A DNA stretch of 64,000 nt. Origin: Trueperaceae bacterium. Lineage in GTDB: Bacteria > Deinococcota > Deinococci > Deinococcales > Trueperaceae. A program made the position numbers and the translations under genes. Location: contig JAXHNB010000001.1 in the NCBI GenBank assembly GCA_034520945.1, positions 64,001 through 128,000 on the forward strand. Direction: 5' to 3'. The stretch's first letter is position 1. Every line of letters begins with the position of its first letter. The notes under the pieces were generated by a model. That model had not been told where the DNA came from. It ran no database searches and was given only the letters and a program-made list of their open reading frames with translations. This document shows, one piece after another, positions 49,982 to 59,207 of this stretch.

Positions 49982-51247
49982 GGCCGCGTGGACCCGAATG
50001 CTCCTGACGCTCCTGGTGTGGGCGATCCTCGTGGTCGTGGCGGTGAGCGGCTGGCTGGACGCCGCCGCCGTGGCCGCACTGGCCCTGCCGGCCGCGTTCG
50101 TGGCCGGCAGGACGTTTCGCTGAACGGGTGGGATCGTCGGCGCCGTGGTCGCCTGGGCCCTGCTGCGTGCCGCCCAGGTCGAGGCCGGTGGGTCCTGGGT
50201 GCCGGCTGCATTCTCCCCAGGGCTCATGGAGCCCATGGCGCTCGTCGCCATGGGGTCGGCGGCGCCTGGGTGTCGTACCTGCAGGCACAGCTCGACTCGC
50301 AGCGGATTGCCTCGGCGAAAGCCCAGTACGATCCCCTCACCGGGCTCCTCAATCGCGCCGCCTTCGAAGCCAAGGTTCACGACGCGATGTCCGAGACCTA
50401 CGAGCGCGGCTCGATCCTCGCGCTCCTGTTCGTGGACCTCGACCGCTTCAAGTTCGTCAACGACACCTATGGCCACGAGGTCGGCGACAGGCTTCTGCGG
50501 CGTGTGGCCAAGATCCTGGGCGAGCATGTCCGCGAGCACGACCTGGTCGGGCGCCTGGGCGGCGACGAGTTCACCGTCGCCGTACCCGGCTCCGCGAGGA
50601 GGATTCCGCGCGGGCGGTGGCCCGCAAACTGGTGTCCGTGCTCAACGAGCCCCACCACATCGACGGCCGGATGGTGCACGTCAGCGCCAGCATCGGCGTC
50701 TCCATCTACCCGCGTGACGGCACCACCGTCGACGCCCTGCTCAAGAACGCCGATCACGCCATGTACCTGGTCAAGGAGGGCGGCAAGAACGGCGTCTTCG
50801 TGACCACGCTCGAATCGCAGCGTGTCAACGGTCGCCGGCTGGACCTCGAGAAGCAGCTGCGCGCGGCGCTCCAGGAGGACGAGTTCGAGCTTTACTACCA
50901 ACCGAAGGTCGACCTCCGCACCGGCGCGCCCGTCGGGGTCGAGATGCTGCTGCGCTGGCGCAACCGGGAGCTGGGTCTGGTCTCGCCGGAGGAGTTCATC
51001 CCCATGGCGGAGGAGACGGGACTCATCGTGCCCCTCGGGCAGTGGTTGATGCGGCAGGCCTGCCACCAGCTGCGCGACTGGGACCGGGCCGGGCTCCCGC
51101 CCGTGGAGTTGGCGGTCAACGTGTCCACGCTGCAGTTCCGCCAACCGGACTTTGTCGCCGCCGTCGAGGGCGCGCTGGACGACAGCGGCCTGCCGCCCGA
51201 CCGGTTGGAGATCGAGGTCACCGAGAGCGTGTTGATGCGCGAGCTAG
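49980..51247 (+). pseudogene. GGDEF-EAL protein copy 2: nonsense codon, two frameshifts, truncated by IS
   Basis: MAAWTR start resembles MNAWIVR of copy 1; TGA 50121-50123; shifts near 50255 and 50590; RLGGDEF present; EAL domain stops at EVTESVLMREL. Confidence 0.88.
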
Positions 51248-52963
51248 CCCGCTTTATTCATGAGAGGCGCTGTTGGGCGGGTTTCGGGTGGGGTTGGGCG
51301 GCGTGAGCGGGGGGTCACGCTCGTCGGTGGGCGTGTCGGGGTTTCGTTGGTGGCATTGTGGGTGGTTCGGACGTCGTGAACGAGGTTCACGAGGCCTGAA
51401 GGGCCGCGTTGGGGCGTAGGGGGCCCTTCGGCGCCAGGGGTTGGCGTCGATCGTGGGGTCGAGGTTCGTTATTGGGGCTTCGGGGGTCGTTCAGGCGGTG
51501 CTGGTGGCTTGCAGGGCTCTGGCGACGTGCCGCCATTCCTGTTGCCAGGGGGCGTCCTGGGGGAGGTGCAGGACGATGCGGCGGGCGGAGGTCTTGATCC
51601 ACGCGCCGAGCTTGATGAGGCGCTCGCGGAGGGTGCCCGCGTACGCGCGGGCCAAGCTCGTGCCGGCCGCGTGCAGCCGGAGTTCCTGGTACAAGGCGTA
51701 CGCGGCGGTGTGCAGCAGCAGGCGGGCTTGGTTGGCGAGGAACCGCGTGCAACTGAGCCGGTCTGCGGCCAGGTGCTCCTGCAGTTCTTTCAGGCGGTTC
51801 TCCATGTCGCCGCGCTTGGCGTACATGCGGCGGTAGATCACTTCCGGATCGGCGCCTACGTTGGTGATGAGGAAGCGGGGGTTGTCCCGCGCCTCCCGCC
51901 CGGGATGCTGGGTGACTTCGGACTTGTACACGACCGTTCGTTCGTGCGGCCAGCTGCGCGTCTGGTAGGGGGGCGTGCCCGTAGCGGCGTTCGCTCTGCC
52001 CGCTCGCCGCGCTGGCCTGACGGGCGTCACGCATGCGGGGTTCCGCCAGGCGTTCCAACACCGGGTTCTTGGAAATCCCGACCACGTACTCCACGCCCTC
52101 TTCCTCGAGGAACGAGAAGATCTCGGGGAGGCGAACCCGCCGTCCAACCGCACCCGCAAGCGCGCCTTGGGGAACGCACCTCGGAGGCGCGCCAGGATGC
52201 GGCGCAACAACCCCGTCGCGCCCAGGGCGGGTGGCGCGTTGCCCTTCCGCAGGAGGCTCGTCAAGACGTACTGATCCCGTTCTTGCTCGAACTGCATGGA
52301 GGCAACCAACGGCAAGTAGCAGTGCTCCCCGTAAAACCCGTTGAACAACGCGCCCTGCTGCGCCCCGTGCGTGGGGTCGTCCGTGCCGTCCACATCGACC
52401 GTGATGCGTTTCGCCCGGCCCCGACGGTGGGCCCGGTGCCGTTCGATCACACCCTCGGCGAGGGCGACGCCCATCTCGAACACCTCCCGGCGCGTCACGC
52501 CGTTCTCGAACCGTGACAGCGTCGGTTGCGACGCGAGATCTGCTCCCCGTTCGGGGTCCCGGTCGACCACCAGCTTGTGCATGGGGTCGTGCCGCAACCT
52601 TGCGGCGTCGTTGCCGTCCTCGTACCCGCAGGCGATCCCGACCACCCGCTGGCGAAGCACGTCCCCAAACGAGTGCTGCACGCGCTCCGGGTCCCGCCGG
52701 TCCCTCAACACCGACGCCATCGCGGTCGTCAAGCCCAGCCGGTCGTCCGCGCCGCGAAGCAACACCGCCCCACCATCGCTGGTGCCGAGCGGCTGATCGA
52801 ACATCGCCACCAACGGCTTCGTGAACCACCCCTCGAACAACACAGGCTGTTGCGTGCTATCCTCGCGCATTAGAAGGCCTCCAACGTGTAGGAAGTTCGT
52901 GCCTCACACCCTTTCTACCACGTTCGAGGCCTTCACGTTTCCAACCCTCACGAATAATTCAGG
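51248..52963 (-). mobile_element. IS1380-family insertion sequence (~1.7 kb)
   Basis: Imperfect terminal IRs CCCGCTTTATTCATGAG / CCTGAATTATTCGTGAG; CTAG on both flanks (51244-51247, 52964-52967). Confidence 0.88.
51491..52870 (-). CDS. IS1380-family DDE transposase with two compensating indels
   Basis: TSDGGAVLL, GYEDGND, ASQPTLSRFEN, DVDGTDDPTHGAQ, YAKRGDMENRLKE. The segment ~51970-52127 is out of frame (EIFSFLEEEGVEYVVG lies in another frame). Confidence 0.85.
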   Translation of the reverse strand: MREDSTQQPVLFEGWFTKPLVAMFDQPLGTSDGGAVLLRGADDRLGLTTAMASVLRDRRDPERVQHSFGDVLRQRVVGIACGYEDGNDAARLRHDPMHKLVVDRDPERGADLASQPTLSRFENGVTRREVFEMGVALAEGVIERHRAHRRGRAKRITVDVDGTDDPTHGAQQGALFNGFYGEHCYLPLVASMQFEQERDQYVLTSLLRKGNAPPALGATGLLRRILARLRGAFPKARLRVRLDGGFASPRSSRSSRKRAWSTWSGFPRTRCWNAWRNPACVTPVRPARRAGRANAATGTPPYQTRSWPHERTVVYKSEVTQHPGREARDNPRFLITNVGADPEVIYRRMYAKRGDMENRLKELQEHLAADRLSCTRFLANQARLLLHTAAYALYQELRLHAAGTSLARAYAGTLRERLIKLGAWIKTSARRIVLHLPQDAPWQQEWRHVARALQATSTA

Positions 52964-53377
52964 CTAGGTGACGTGCCGAAGAGCGAGATCGTCGGATCCC
53001 GCCTCTTCACACGTGGGGATCACCAGTTCTCAAATTACCTCGCTACGCTCCCGGAGGACGAGCGCTGGCGGCGCTTCCCTTACAACACGACGGAACATCT
53101 GCTGAGGCACGTCCGCAACGACGTGATAGCGGCAGGGCTCGTGTGGCGCCCGGAATTCGATCACTACGTGGCGGAGAACGAGGCCACGGACCTTCGCGCC
53201 ATCGCCATGGATCCGCTTGCATCCGTGCAGCGCGACATCGGATTCGTGGTCCGTGAAGACGAACAGTACCTACGAACACTGCTCGACGAAGCGATCGTGA
53301 ACGTCATCGAGGCGGGCGTGATGGAGGAGCTTGTTGCAGAGCATGGCCCGCCTGGGGAGCCGGGAGCGCTCGAATGA
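52964..53377 (+). pseudogene. 5'-truncated substrate-binding protein (MxaJ-like), paralogous to 61643-62530
   Basis: VGSRLFTRGD...RRFPY...IGFVVREDEQYLRTLLDEAI aligns with VGTRMLSQGD...RRIPY...IGMRSRDEFLRASVDEAL; N-terminal half absent. Confidence 0.75.
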
Positions 53378-53465
53378 CGTCCGCGAGACGCGTCCAGGCA
53401 GGCGCGGCGGCACCCAGCACACGTCGCGTGGCGACGTGGGGCCGAAAAGGTAAACTGGCGCCACC

Positions 53466-54074
53466 ATGTTCTTCCTGAGTCTCCAGCAGGTCCTCCTCAA
53501 TATCGTGGCGGCCGGCGTAGTCGGTAGCGTTTACGGTTTCACGGCGGCAGCCATGGCGGCGGCGCTCGGAGACTACGGACCGAAGCGGGACGGGCGCAGG
53601 ACGGTGAGCCCTATTAGCCACTTCGGTGCCCTCGGCTTCCTCGCCATGATGTTGTTCCGAATGGGCTGGATCCGGCCGGTCGACGTGCGCCCAAAGGAGG
53701 CTCGCGCAGGCCGTTGGGCGCCCGTGGGTGTTGTCGCCGGCGGCATGGCCGCCTTGTTGCTACTGGCGTTCGCGGCCAACGCGCTGCGGCCGGTGGCGTT
53801 GCAGCTTCTCTCTGGCAACGCGGGACTCACGGTCTCGGCGGCGCTGAACACCATCGTCATGACCTCGCTGGGGACCGCGGTACTGAACCTCTTGCCGCTG
53901 CCGCCGCTGGCCGGCGGGTTGCTTTGGCGTACGGTGCACACCACAACTGCACAGCGGCTCGAGTCTATCGCGCGTTACATCGCCATTGCCGTCTTCGTGG
54001 TCCTCGTTACGAGCGGTGCTGTGGGCGTCCTGAACGAGTGGCGGACCGCGTTGCGCGCGTGGTTGGGAATGTAG
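53466..54074 (+). CDS. Site-2 protease (M50)-like membrane protein lacking zinc ligands
   Basis: LGD..PKRDGR.TVSP..H, GW.RPV and NLLPLPPLAGG scaffold; no HExxH. Confidence 0.7.
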   Translation: MFFLSLQQVLLNIVAAGVVGSVYGFTAAAMAAALGDYGPKRDGRRTVSPISHFGALGFLAMMLFRMGWIRPVDVRPKEARAGRWAPVGVVAGGMAALLLLAFAANALRPVALQLLSGNAGLTVSAALNTIVMTSLGTAVLNLLPLPPLAGGLLWRTVHTTTAQRLESIARYIAIAVFVVLVTSGAVGVLNEWRTALRAWLGM

Positions 54075-57000
54075 GTCTCCGGAACGGTCGCGCCCACCAA
54101 CGTGGTGCGTAGCGCTCGGCCAAGGCGGAAAGCAGTGCAGCCAATGCCAATAGAGCCCAAGGTATAACGCTGGGCGACCAGCGCCACGTCGTGTCGCCCA
54201 GCGCAGGAACGGTCGGCGTTTCCCCTTCGGCGAGACGCCGACCGCCCGTGGCGTCTGCCACTGCCGTCAGTAGCGGGGAAGTGCGATCAAAGCTCGCCGG
54301 TGCAGCCAGGGACGCCACGACGTAGCGGGCGGACGTGCCAAGTCGTTCGCCACGATCGGAAAACGCGAGTTGATAATCGCCGGGCGGCGCCAGAACATCG
54401 GCCTGGTACTCGCCGGGCGCCGTTCGGTGCATGGGCGCTGCCTGGCTCTGGCCGGGACCAGCCACGTTCACGACGGGGTCCTGGAGTCCCCCAGAAGCTT
54501 GCGCGTCCCGGGCGACCAGGGTGACGCGCAGACGATCCCCGTGGCGTTCCACGCGAGCGTCCAGGGGCGTCGGGGAGCTGGCACGCGTGGTCCAGCGTGA
54601 AGCCTGCGTCCACCAGCGCGGGTAGGCCCCTCGGGCTTGCCACTGGGTGGCCCAGGGGCCGACCGCCTCGCTCGTGAACGCCACGACGTGGCCGAGGCCG
54701 TGGCGCCAACTCGCCAGCACGGGCGCATCGTCGGGCCCACGGAGGTGCACATTGGCCTCGTCCTTGGCGGTCGTTTCCACGTATCCCCCGAGCGTGGGCG
54801 GCGGGTCGGGCCACCCCTCGAGGAAGGACGCCTCACGATCAGCCCAGCGAGGTTCGAAGGGCTCGTCGTGGACGGGCGACTGCGACAGGAGCAGCGCCTC
54901 CTGCGCGAGGATGCCTGGAAGGGCGCGAAAGTCGGAACTTGCGTGCGCCGTGCCGCTCCCCATCTCTGCGAGTCGCGCTAACCGGCTGGTATCCGCGCCG
55001 CGGCCGATGGCGACGGTACTCACGGTGATGTCGTCGTTGGCGGCACGTGCCAGCAGGTCGTCGAACGGGCCGGGCTGGGACAGACCGTCACTGAGGACCA
55101 CCATGTGGCGTGCTGCGGAGTCAGACTGCTGGAGCAGCTCCATGCCCAATTCGACGCCAGGATAGATGGCCGTGCCACCTCCGGGCGTAAGGGGAGCGAG
55201 GCTAGCGCGTATCGCTTCGAGGTTCTCGACACGGCGCAAGGGGCTAACGACAGCGGCCTCGGCGTCAAATGCCACGATGCCCGCTAGGCTTTCTTCGCCG
55301 AGGAGGGAGATCGCGGACAACGTGGCATCCTTCGCCAATGCCAAGCGGGACCCATCCCCGACTGTCTGTTGCATGCTCCCGGAGCGGTCCAACACGAAAA
55401 CGATCGACACCTCGGGTGCGTCGCGCTCGATTCGGCTCGACAGAGGCGAAACGCGATCCAGGGCCGTTTCGTAATACCCGCCGGGCCCAAAGCTCGTCCG
55501 TCCGCCGAGCATCAAGGCGCCGCCTCCCTGGTCCTGTACGAACGTTTCGATGGCGATGCGTTGGTCGGGCTGGAGGGCGCCGGCGGGCAGATTGAGAAGG
55601 ATGACCCCGTCCCACGCCTGCCACTCGGCGGCGTCAAAGGGAGTGCGATGGGGCGGGGTTACCGTCGTATCGATGCCCTGCAGCTCGAGGGCGTCCGCGA
55701 GCGTGGCGCCGGATTCCGGCAGCGTCGTGACGATGCGTATCCGCGGCGCCGCGGATACGTTGACCGTCGAGGCGGCCACATTGTTGGCCGCGTTCACGTC
55801 TTCCTCCGCGACAAGGCGCAGGTGGTAGGTGACACCCCCCGTTTCTTCCTCGTAGACCGGGACGGTCACCATGCTCCGTCCGTCGGGGAGGTCGATCGTG
55901 CGCTCCATGGCGACTTCGCCCTCGCGTTCCAGGCGCAAGGTGGCCGTTGTGGCTTGGCGGGACCATACGTGCGCGGTGAGCTGCGCTGGGGCTCCGGCGC
56001 GCACACGCGAAGGCGCCAATAGGCGTTGGACCGCCACGTCGGCCGAATCTGGTATTGCGGGCTGGCGGAAGAAGACGGGAAGCGGTGCGGCGGTCGACGC
56101 CGACGACGCGCTAGCCACGAGGACCCTCCCCGTCGTCGGCGGGGAAGCATCTTCGAGGACGATTGCGCCCGATCGGTGCGGTGGCACGGCCGCAGCAGCG
56201 AACCGCAAGGCTTCGGGCACGTCGTTCACGCCCGGAGGGGCAAACGTATCCGCAGGCAGGTTCACAACTCGCGCCCCGTCATCGGTGGTGCCGGCGTCCC
56301 CTGCGATGTCACCGTCGTTGCCGGTGACGCGGACCAGGTAGCGTTCGTCGAGCGGGCCCGGCAGGGGGGCGTCGACCAGGGCCAGCACGGTGCCTGCCAG
56401 CGCCAGCACGGTGAGGCTCGCGATCCAGGCGCCCCGCATCCGCTGTCCCGGTGGAACGCGTTGCCCGGTCTGAGCGCGATGGCGACGCCACGCCGCATAG
56501 GCGAGGAGCGCCTCCACGGCCACGACAACTGCCGCCATCGACCATAACCACGTAGACGGGGCAGCGGCGGAAGCGATCGCCGGGGCGTCGTCGACGACGT
56601 CCGACGCGGGTAGCGTCTCGAGGTGGGTGCCCGAGAGGACGGGAACGAAGCGTTCACTCGTTCCCTCCGCGGACACCGTGTGCACCCCCGCGCGGACCGG
56701 GACGAAGGCCGGTGGCTCGGGTGCGAACGCCTCGGTTGATCCCGGGATGCGCAGCGGAATTCCTGTCGGGTCCACAACGGTTTCGCCCGGTCGGTCGAGG
56801 ACGCACGCGACGCCGACGGTACAGGCTGTGAACGACTCCGTGGGGGGGGCCAGCCAATCCAGGACGGCGGCGGTGAACGCTGGCAGGGCAGCACTCGACG
56901 GACCCTCCAGGGCACTACCCGCGAACGAGGTGACAAGTTGCCGGCCGCTCGTACCGCCATGGCGTACTTGCAGGACGGGACCACGTCCGCCATGTACCAG

Positions 57001-58335
57001 CGTCTGGGCCCCCTCGAGTTGCGCAACTGCTTCACCTTCGAATTCGCCGAGGTCATGCCACGCCACGGGGCGTGTAAGGGCATGCACGGGCTCCCAGGCG
57101 GTAATCCGATCGACGACACGCTGGCCTTCGCTATCAGGAGGTGCCGTGCCCGCGAACCAGGTGGGAACACTGGGCATGCGGTCCAAGGGCCGCAGCGCGA
57201 GGACGGCATCGACGCCGTCGAGATCTGCGGGAAGAGTTTCGCTCCGGCGAAGATTTGTGTCCTGCAATGCCTCTAGGGCACGTGCGAACGACGGTTCGGG
57301 CGTGCCCACAACTAGGAGGCGGCGTTGCGGTGGATCGTGGTGCAGGCGAGCGATGGCCTCGTCGTCGCTGTTCCACCCGGGCAGTCCCACGCCATCGTCC
57401 GGAGGCACGAGGCGGCTCCTGAGCAAGCCCGGTCCGGGGAGGCGCAACTCGGCTTCGATGGTTGTGACGCCGTCGTCGTCGAGCCTCACCGTGCGGCGCT
57501 CCCAATCCAGGAACGAACCCGTTCCCTCCGGCTGGAACGCGAAGGCGAGGGCCGACTCCTCAGGAACGTCCCCGCGCGCATCGACGCTCACCGTCACGTT
57601 CCACGGCTGACCGTCAGCTTGTGGCTCCGCGGCGTTGCGTGGTCCTTCCGGACCCGCGGCGGGCCGCGCCTCGAAGCGCGCGATGCCCAAGTTGCTGTCG
57701 TGACCGTCGAACGACGTGTAGGCCGCGTCCATGTCGTGCGCGGCCAAGGCCTCCCGTGCGGCGTCGGCGTCGTCGGTAAGGACCCATACGCGCGTCTCCT
57801 GGTCGCTCTTCAGCCTCCGGGCGGCGAGTGCCGACGCGGCGTCCCAGTCGGATCGCTGGGCGTACGGAGCCGACAGGGCCGTATCCAAGCGGTCGCGCAC
57901 GTCGCGCCAATCAGAGAAGGACATTGCAAGTGGCGTGGGCTCAGCACCGACCGCCACGACGGTCCATGTGCCGCCGTTCCCCACGGCGTCCAAGAGGCGT
58001 TCCCGTGCCTTCTGGAGGTTGGCTTCGCCGGTGCTTCCGGCCCCCATGCTCGCGGATACGTCCATCAGGACGAGGGTGGCGGGATCGGTCTCCTCGGTCA
58101 TGCGGGGCTCCGCCAAGGCGAGTGCGATCAGTGCTACCGCCAGGAGTTGGAGCAGGAGGGGTACGGTGGGCCGGGGTGGCCGCCAGTTCGCGGCCGGCGC
58201 CGTGCCCTCGGCCACGCGTCGCCACAGGACGAGGCTGGGGACGGGCATCGTGTGTCGCCGACGCATGTGCAGTGCGAGGACGACGGCTGCCGCGACTGCG
58301 CCGGCCAACAGCCACCAGGGTTGCGCCAGGATCAC
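54007..58335 (-). CDS. Large BatA/VWA multidomain membrane protein
   Basis: N-terminal BatA-like (PWWLL...LH...PSLVLW...ALAEP); MIDAS motifs DVSAS and DRSGS; GATase-like LGGRTSFGPGGY region. Confidence 0.85.
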   Translation of the reverse strand: MILAQPWWLLAGAVAAAVVLALHMRRRHTMPVPSLVLWRRVAEGTAPAANWRPPRPTVPLLLQLLAVALIALALAEPRMTEETDPATLVLMDVSASMGAGSTGEANLQKARERLLDAVGNGGTWTVVAVGAEPTPLAMSFSDWRDVRDRLDTALSAPYAQRSDWDAASALAARRLKSDQETRVWVLTDDADAAREALAAHDMDAAYTSFDGHDSNLGIARFEARPAAGPEGPRNAAEPQADGQPWNVTVSVDARGDVPEESALAFAFQPEGTGSFLDWERRTVRLDDDGVTTIEAELRLPGPGLLRSRLVPPDDGVGLPGWNSDDEAIARLHHDPPQRRLLVVGTPEPSFARALEALQDTNLRRSETLPADLDGVDAVLALRPLDRMPSVPTWFAGTAPPDSEGQRVVDRITAWEPVHALTRPVAWHDLGEFEGEAVAQLEGAQTLVHGGRGPVLQVRHGGTSGRQLVTSFAGSALEGPSSAALPAFTAAVLDWLAPPTESFTACTVGVACVLDRPGETVVDPTGIPLRIPGSTEAFAPEPPAFVPVRAGVHTVSAEGTSERFVPVLSGTHLETLPASDVVDDAPAIASAAAPSTWLWSMAAVVVAVEALLAYAAWRRHRAQTGQRVPPGQRMRGAWIASLTVLALAGTVLALVDAPLPGPLDERYLVRVTGNDGDIAGDAGTTDDGARVVNLPADTFAPPGVNDVPEALRFAAAAVPPHRSGAIVLEDASPPTTGRVLVASASSASTAAPLPVFFRQPAIPDSADVAVQRLLAPSRVRAGAPAQLTAHVWSRQATTATLRLEREGEVAMERTIDLPDGRSMVTVPVYEEETGGVTYHLRLVAEEDVNAANNVAASTVNVSAAPRIRIVTTLPESGATLADALELQGIDTTVTPPHRTPFDAAEWQAWDGVILLNLPAGALQPDQRIAIETFVQDQGGGALMLGGRTSFGPGGYYETALDRVSPLSSRIERDAPEVSIVFVLDRSGSMQQTVGDGSRLALAKDATLSAISLLGEESLAGIVAFDAEAAVVSPLRRVENLEAIRASLAPLTPGGGTAIYPGVELGMELLQQSDSAARHMVVLSDGLSQPGPFDDLLARAANDDITVSTVAIGRGADTSRLARLAEMGSGTAHASSDFRALPGILAQEALLLSQSPVHDEPFEPRWADREASFLEGWPDPPPTLGGYVETTAKDEANVHLRGPDDAPVLASWRHGLGHVVAFTSEAVGPWATQWQARGAYPRWWTQASRWTTRASSPTPLDARVERHGDRLRVTLVARDAQASGGLQDPVVNVAGPGQSQAAPMHRTAPGEYQADVLAPPGDYQLAFSDRGERLGTSARYVVASLAAPASFDRTSPLLTAVADATGGRRLAEGETPTVPALGDTTWRWSPSVIPWALLALAALLSALAERYAPRWWARPFRRPTFPTTRATRSATRSGRPQHRS

Positions 58336-59207
58336 CGCAGGAGCCCCTCCCGGACGAAGTCGTGTAGGAACACGGAGCGCAGCGACGCGTCGGAGCGGAG
58401 GGGGACGAAGTGGTTGCCGAAGGAGGCTAGACTTTCGCGCAACTCCCGTTGGAAGCGGTCCAGTTCCTCGCGATAGCGTTGAAGGACGTCGTCCCGGACC
58501 GCGAGTTCGAGCATCGATCCGCTCTCGCTGTCCACCATGCGTACGTCACCCTCACGCAGGTCGGGGTCGATCTCGCCGGTATCGAGGACCTGGATTGCGA
58601 CGACCTGCGGCCCATGGGCTGCCAGGGTGGCGAGACCGGCATCGGAGCGTTCGCTCAGGAAGTCGCTCACGATGATGAGGAGGCCCTCGGTGGGGAGTTG
58701 GGGGAGGGCTACCTCGAGGGCCTCCTCGAGGTCGAGGTGCCCCGATGGCTCGCGTTCCTCGAGCCAGGCCGAGAGCTCGTGGAAGCGGTGCGTGCCACTG
58801 AATCGTCGCGACGCTTGCAGGGACCCCGACCCGACGACGCCAACCGTCACGCGATCTGAACCTGCGAGCCCGGCACATGCGAGCCCGGCCGCGACGCGCG
58901 TGGCGAACACGAACTTGTTGGGCGTCCCGAAGTCCATGGATGCGGTGCCATCGACGAGGAGGACCACGTCCAACTGTCGTTCCGGATGGAACTGACGGAC
59001 GACGGGCTGCCGCAGGCGGCTGTAGACCGACACGTCCAGGTGCCGCATGTCGTCACCCGGTTGGTAGCCACGGTGGTCCGCGAACTCGAGGCCGGCGCCT
59101 TTGTCGCGTGAGACACGCTCCCCGATCCCATGGATCGACCGTGCGCCCAGGGCGTTGAGCCGTGCTTGCGTCAATGCCTCGCGCAGGTCGGCGGGCAACA
59201 GGCTCAC
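58332..59207 (-). CDS. DUF58 domain protein
   Basis: GLEFADHRGYQPGDDMRHLD, DGTASM, SDF. Confidence 0.9.
   Translation of the reverse strand: MSLLPADLREALTQARLNALGARSIHGIGERVSRDKGAGLEFADHRGYQPGDDMRHLDVSVYSRLRQPVVRQFHPERQLDVVLLVDGTASMDFGTPNKFVFATRVAAGLACAGLAGSDRVTVGVVGSGSLQASRRFSGTHRFHELSAWLEEREPSGHLDLEEALEVALPQLPTEGLLIIVSDFLSERSDAGLATLAAHGPQVVAIQVLDTGEIDPDLREGDVRMVDSESGSMLELAVRDDVLQRYREELDRFQRELRESLASFGNHFVPLRSDASLRSVFLHDFVREGLLR

Noticed and set aside
51970..52127. Programmed frameshifting in the IS1380 transposase
   Set aside because: Two opposite indels in G/C runs with no slippery heptamer seen; mutation or sequencing error is more likely.
51244..52967. CTAG as proof of a simple IS insertion with target duplication
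   Set aside because: The two flanks belong to different genes.
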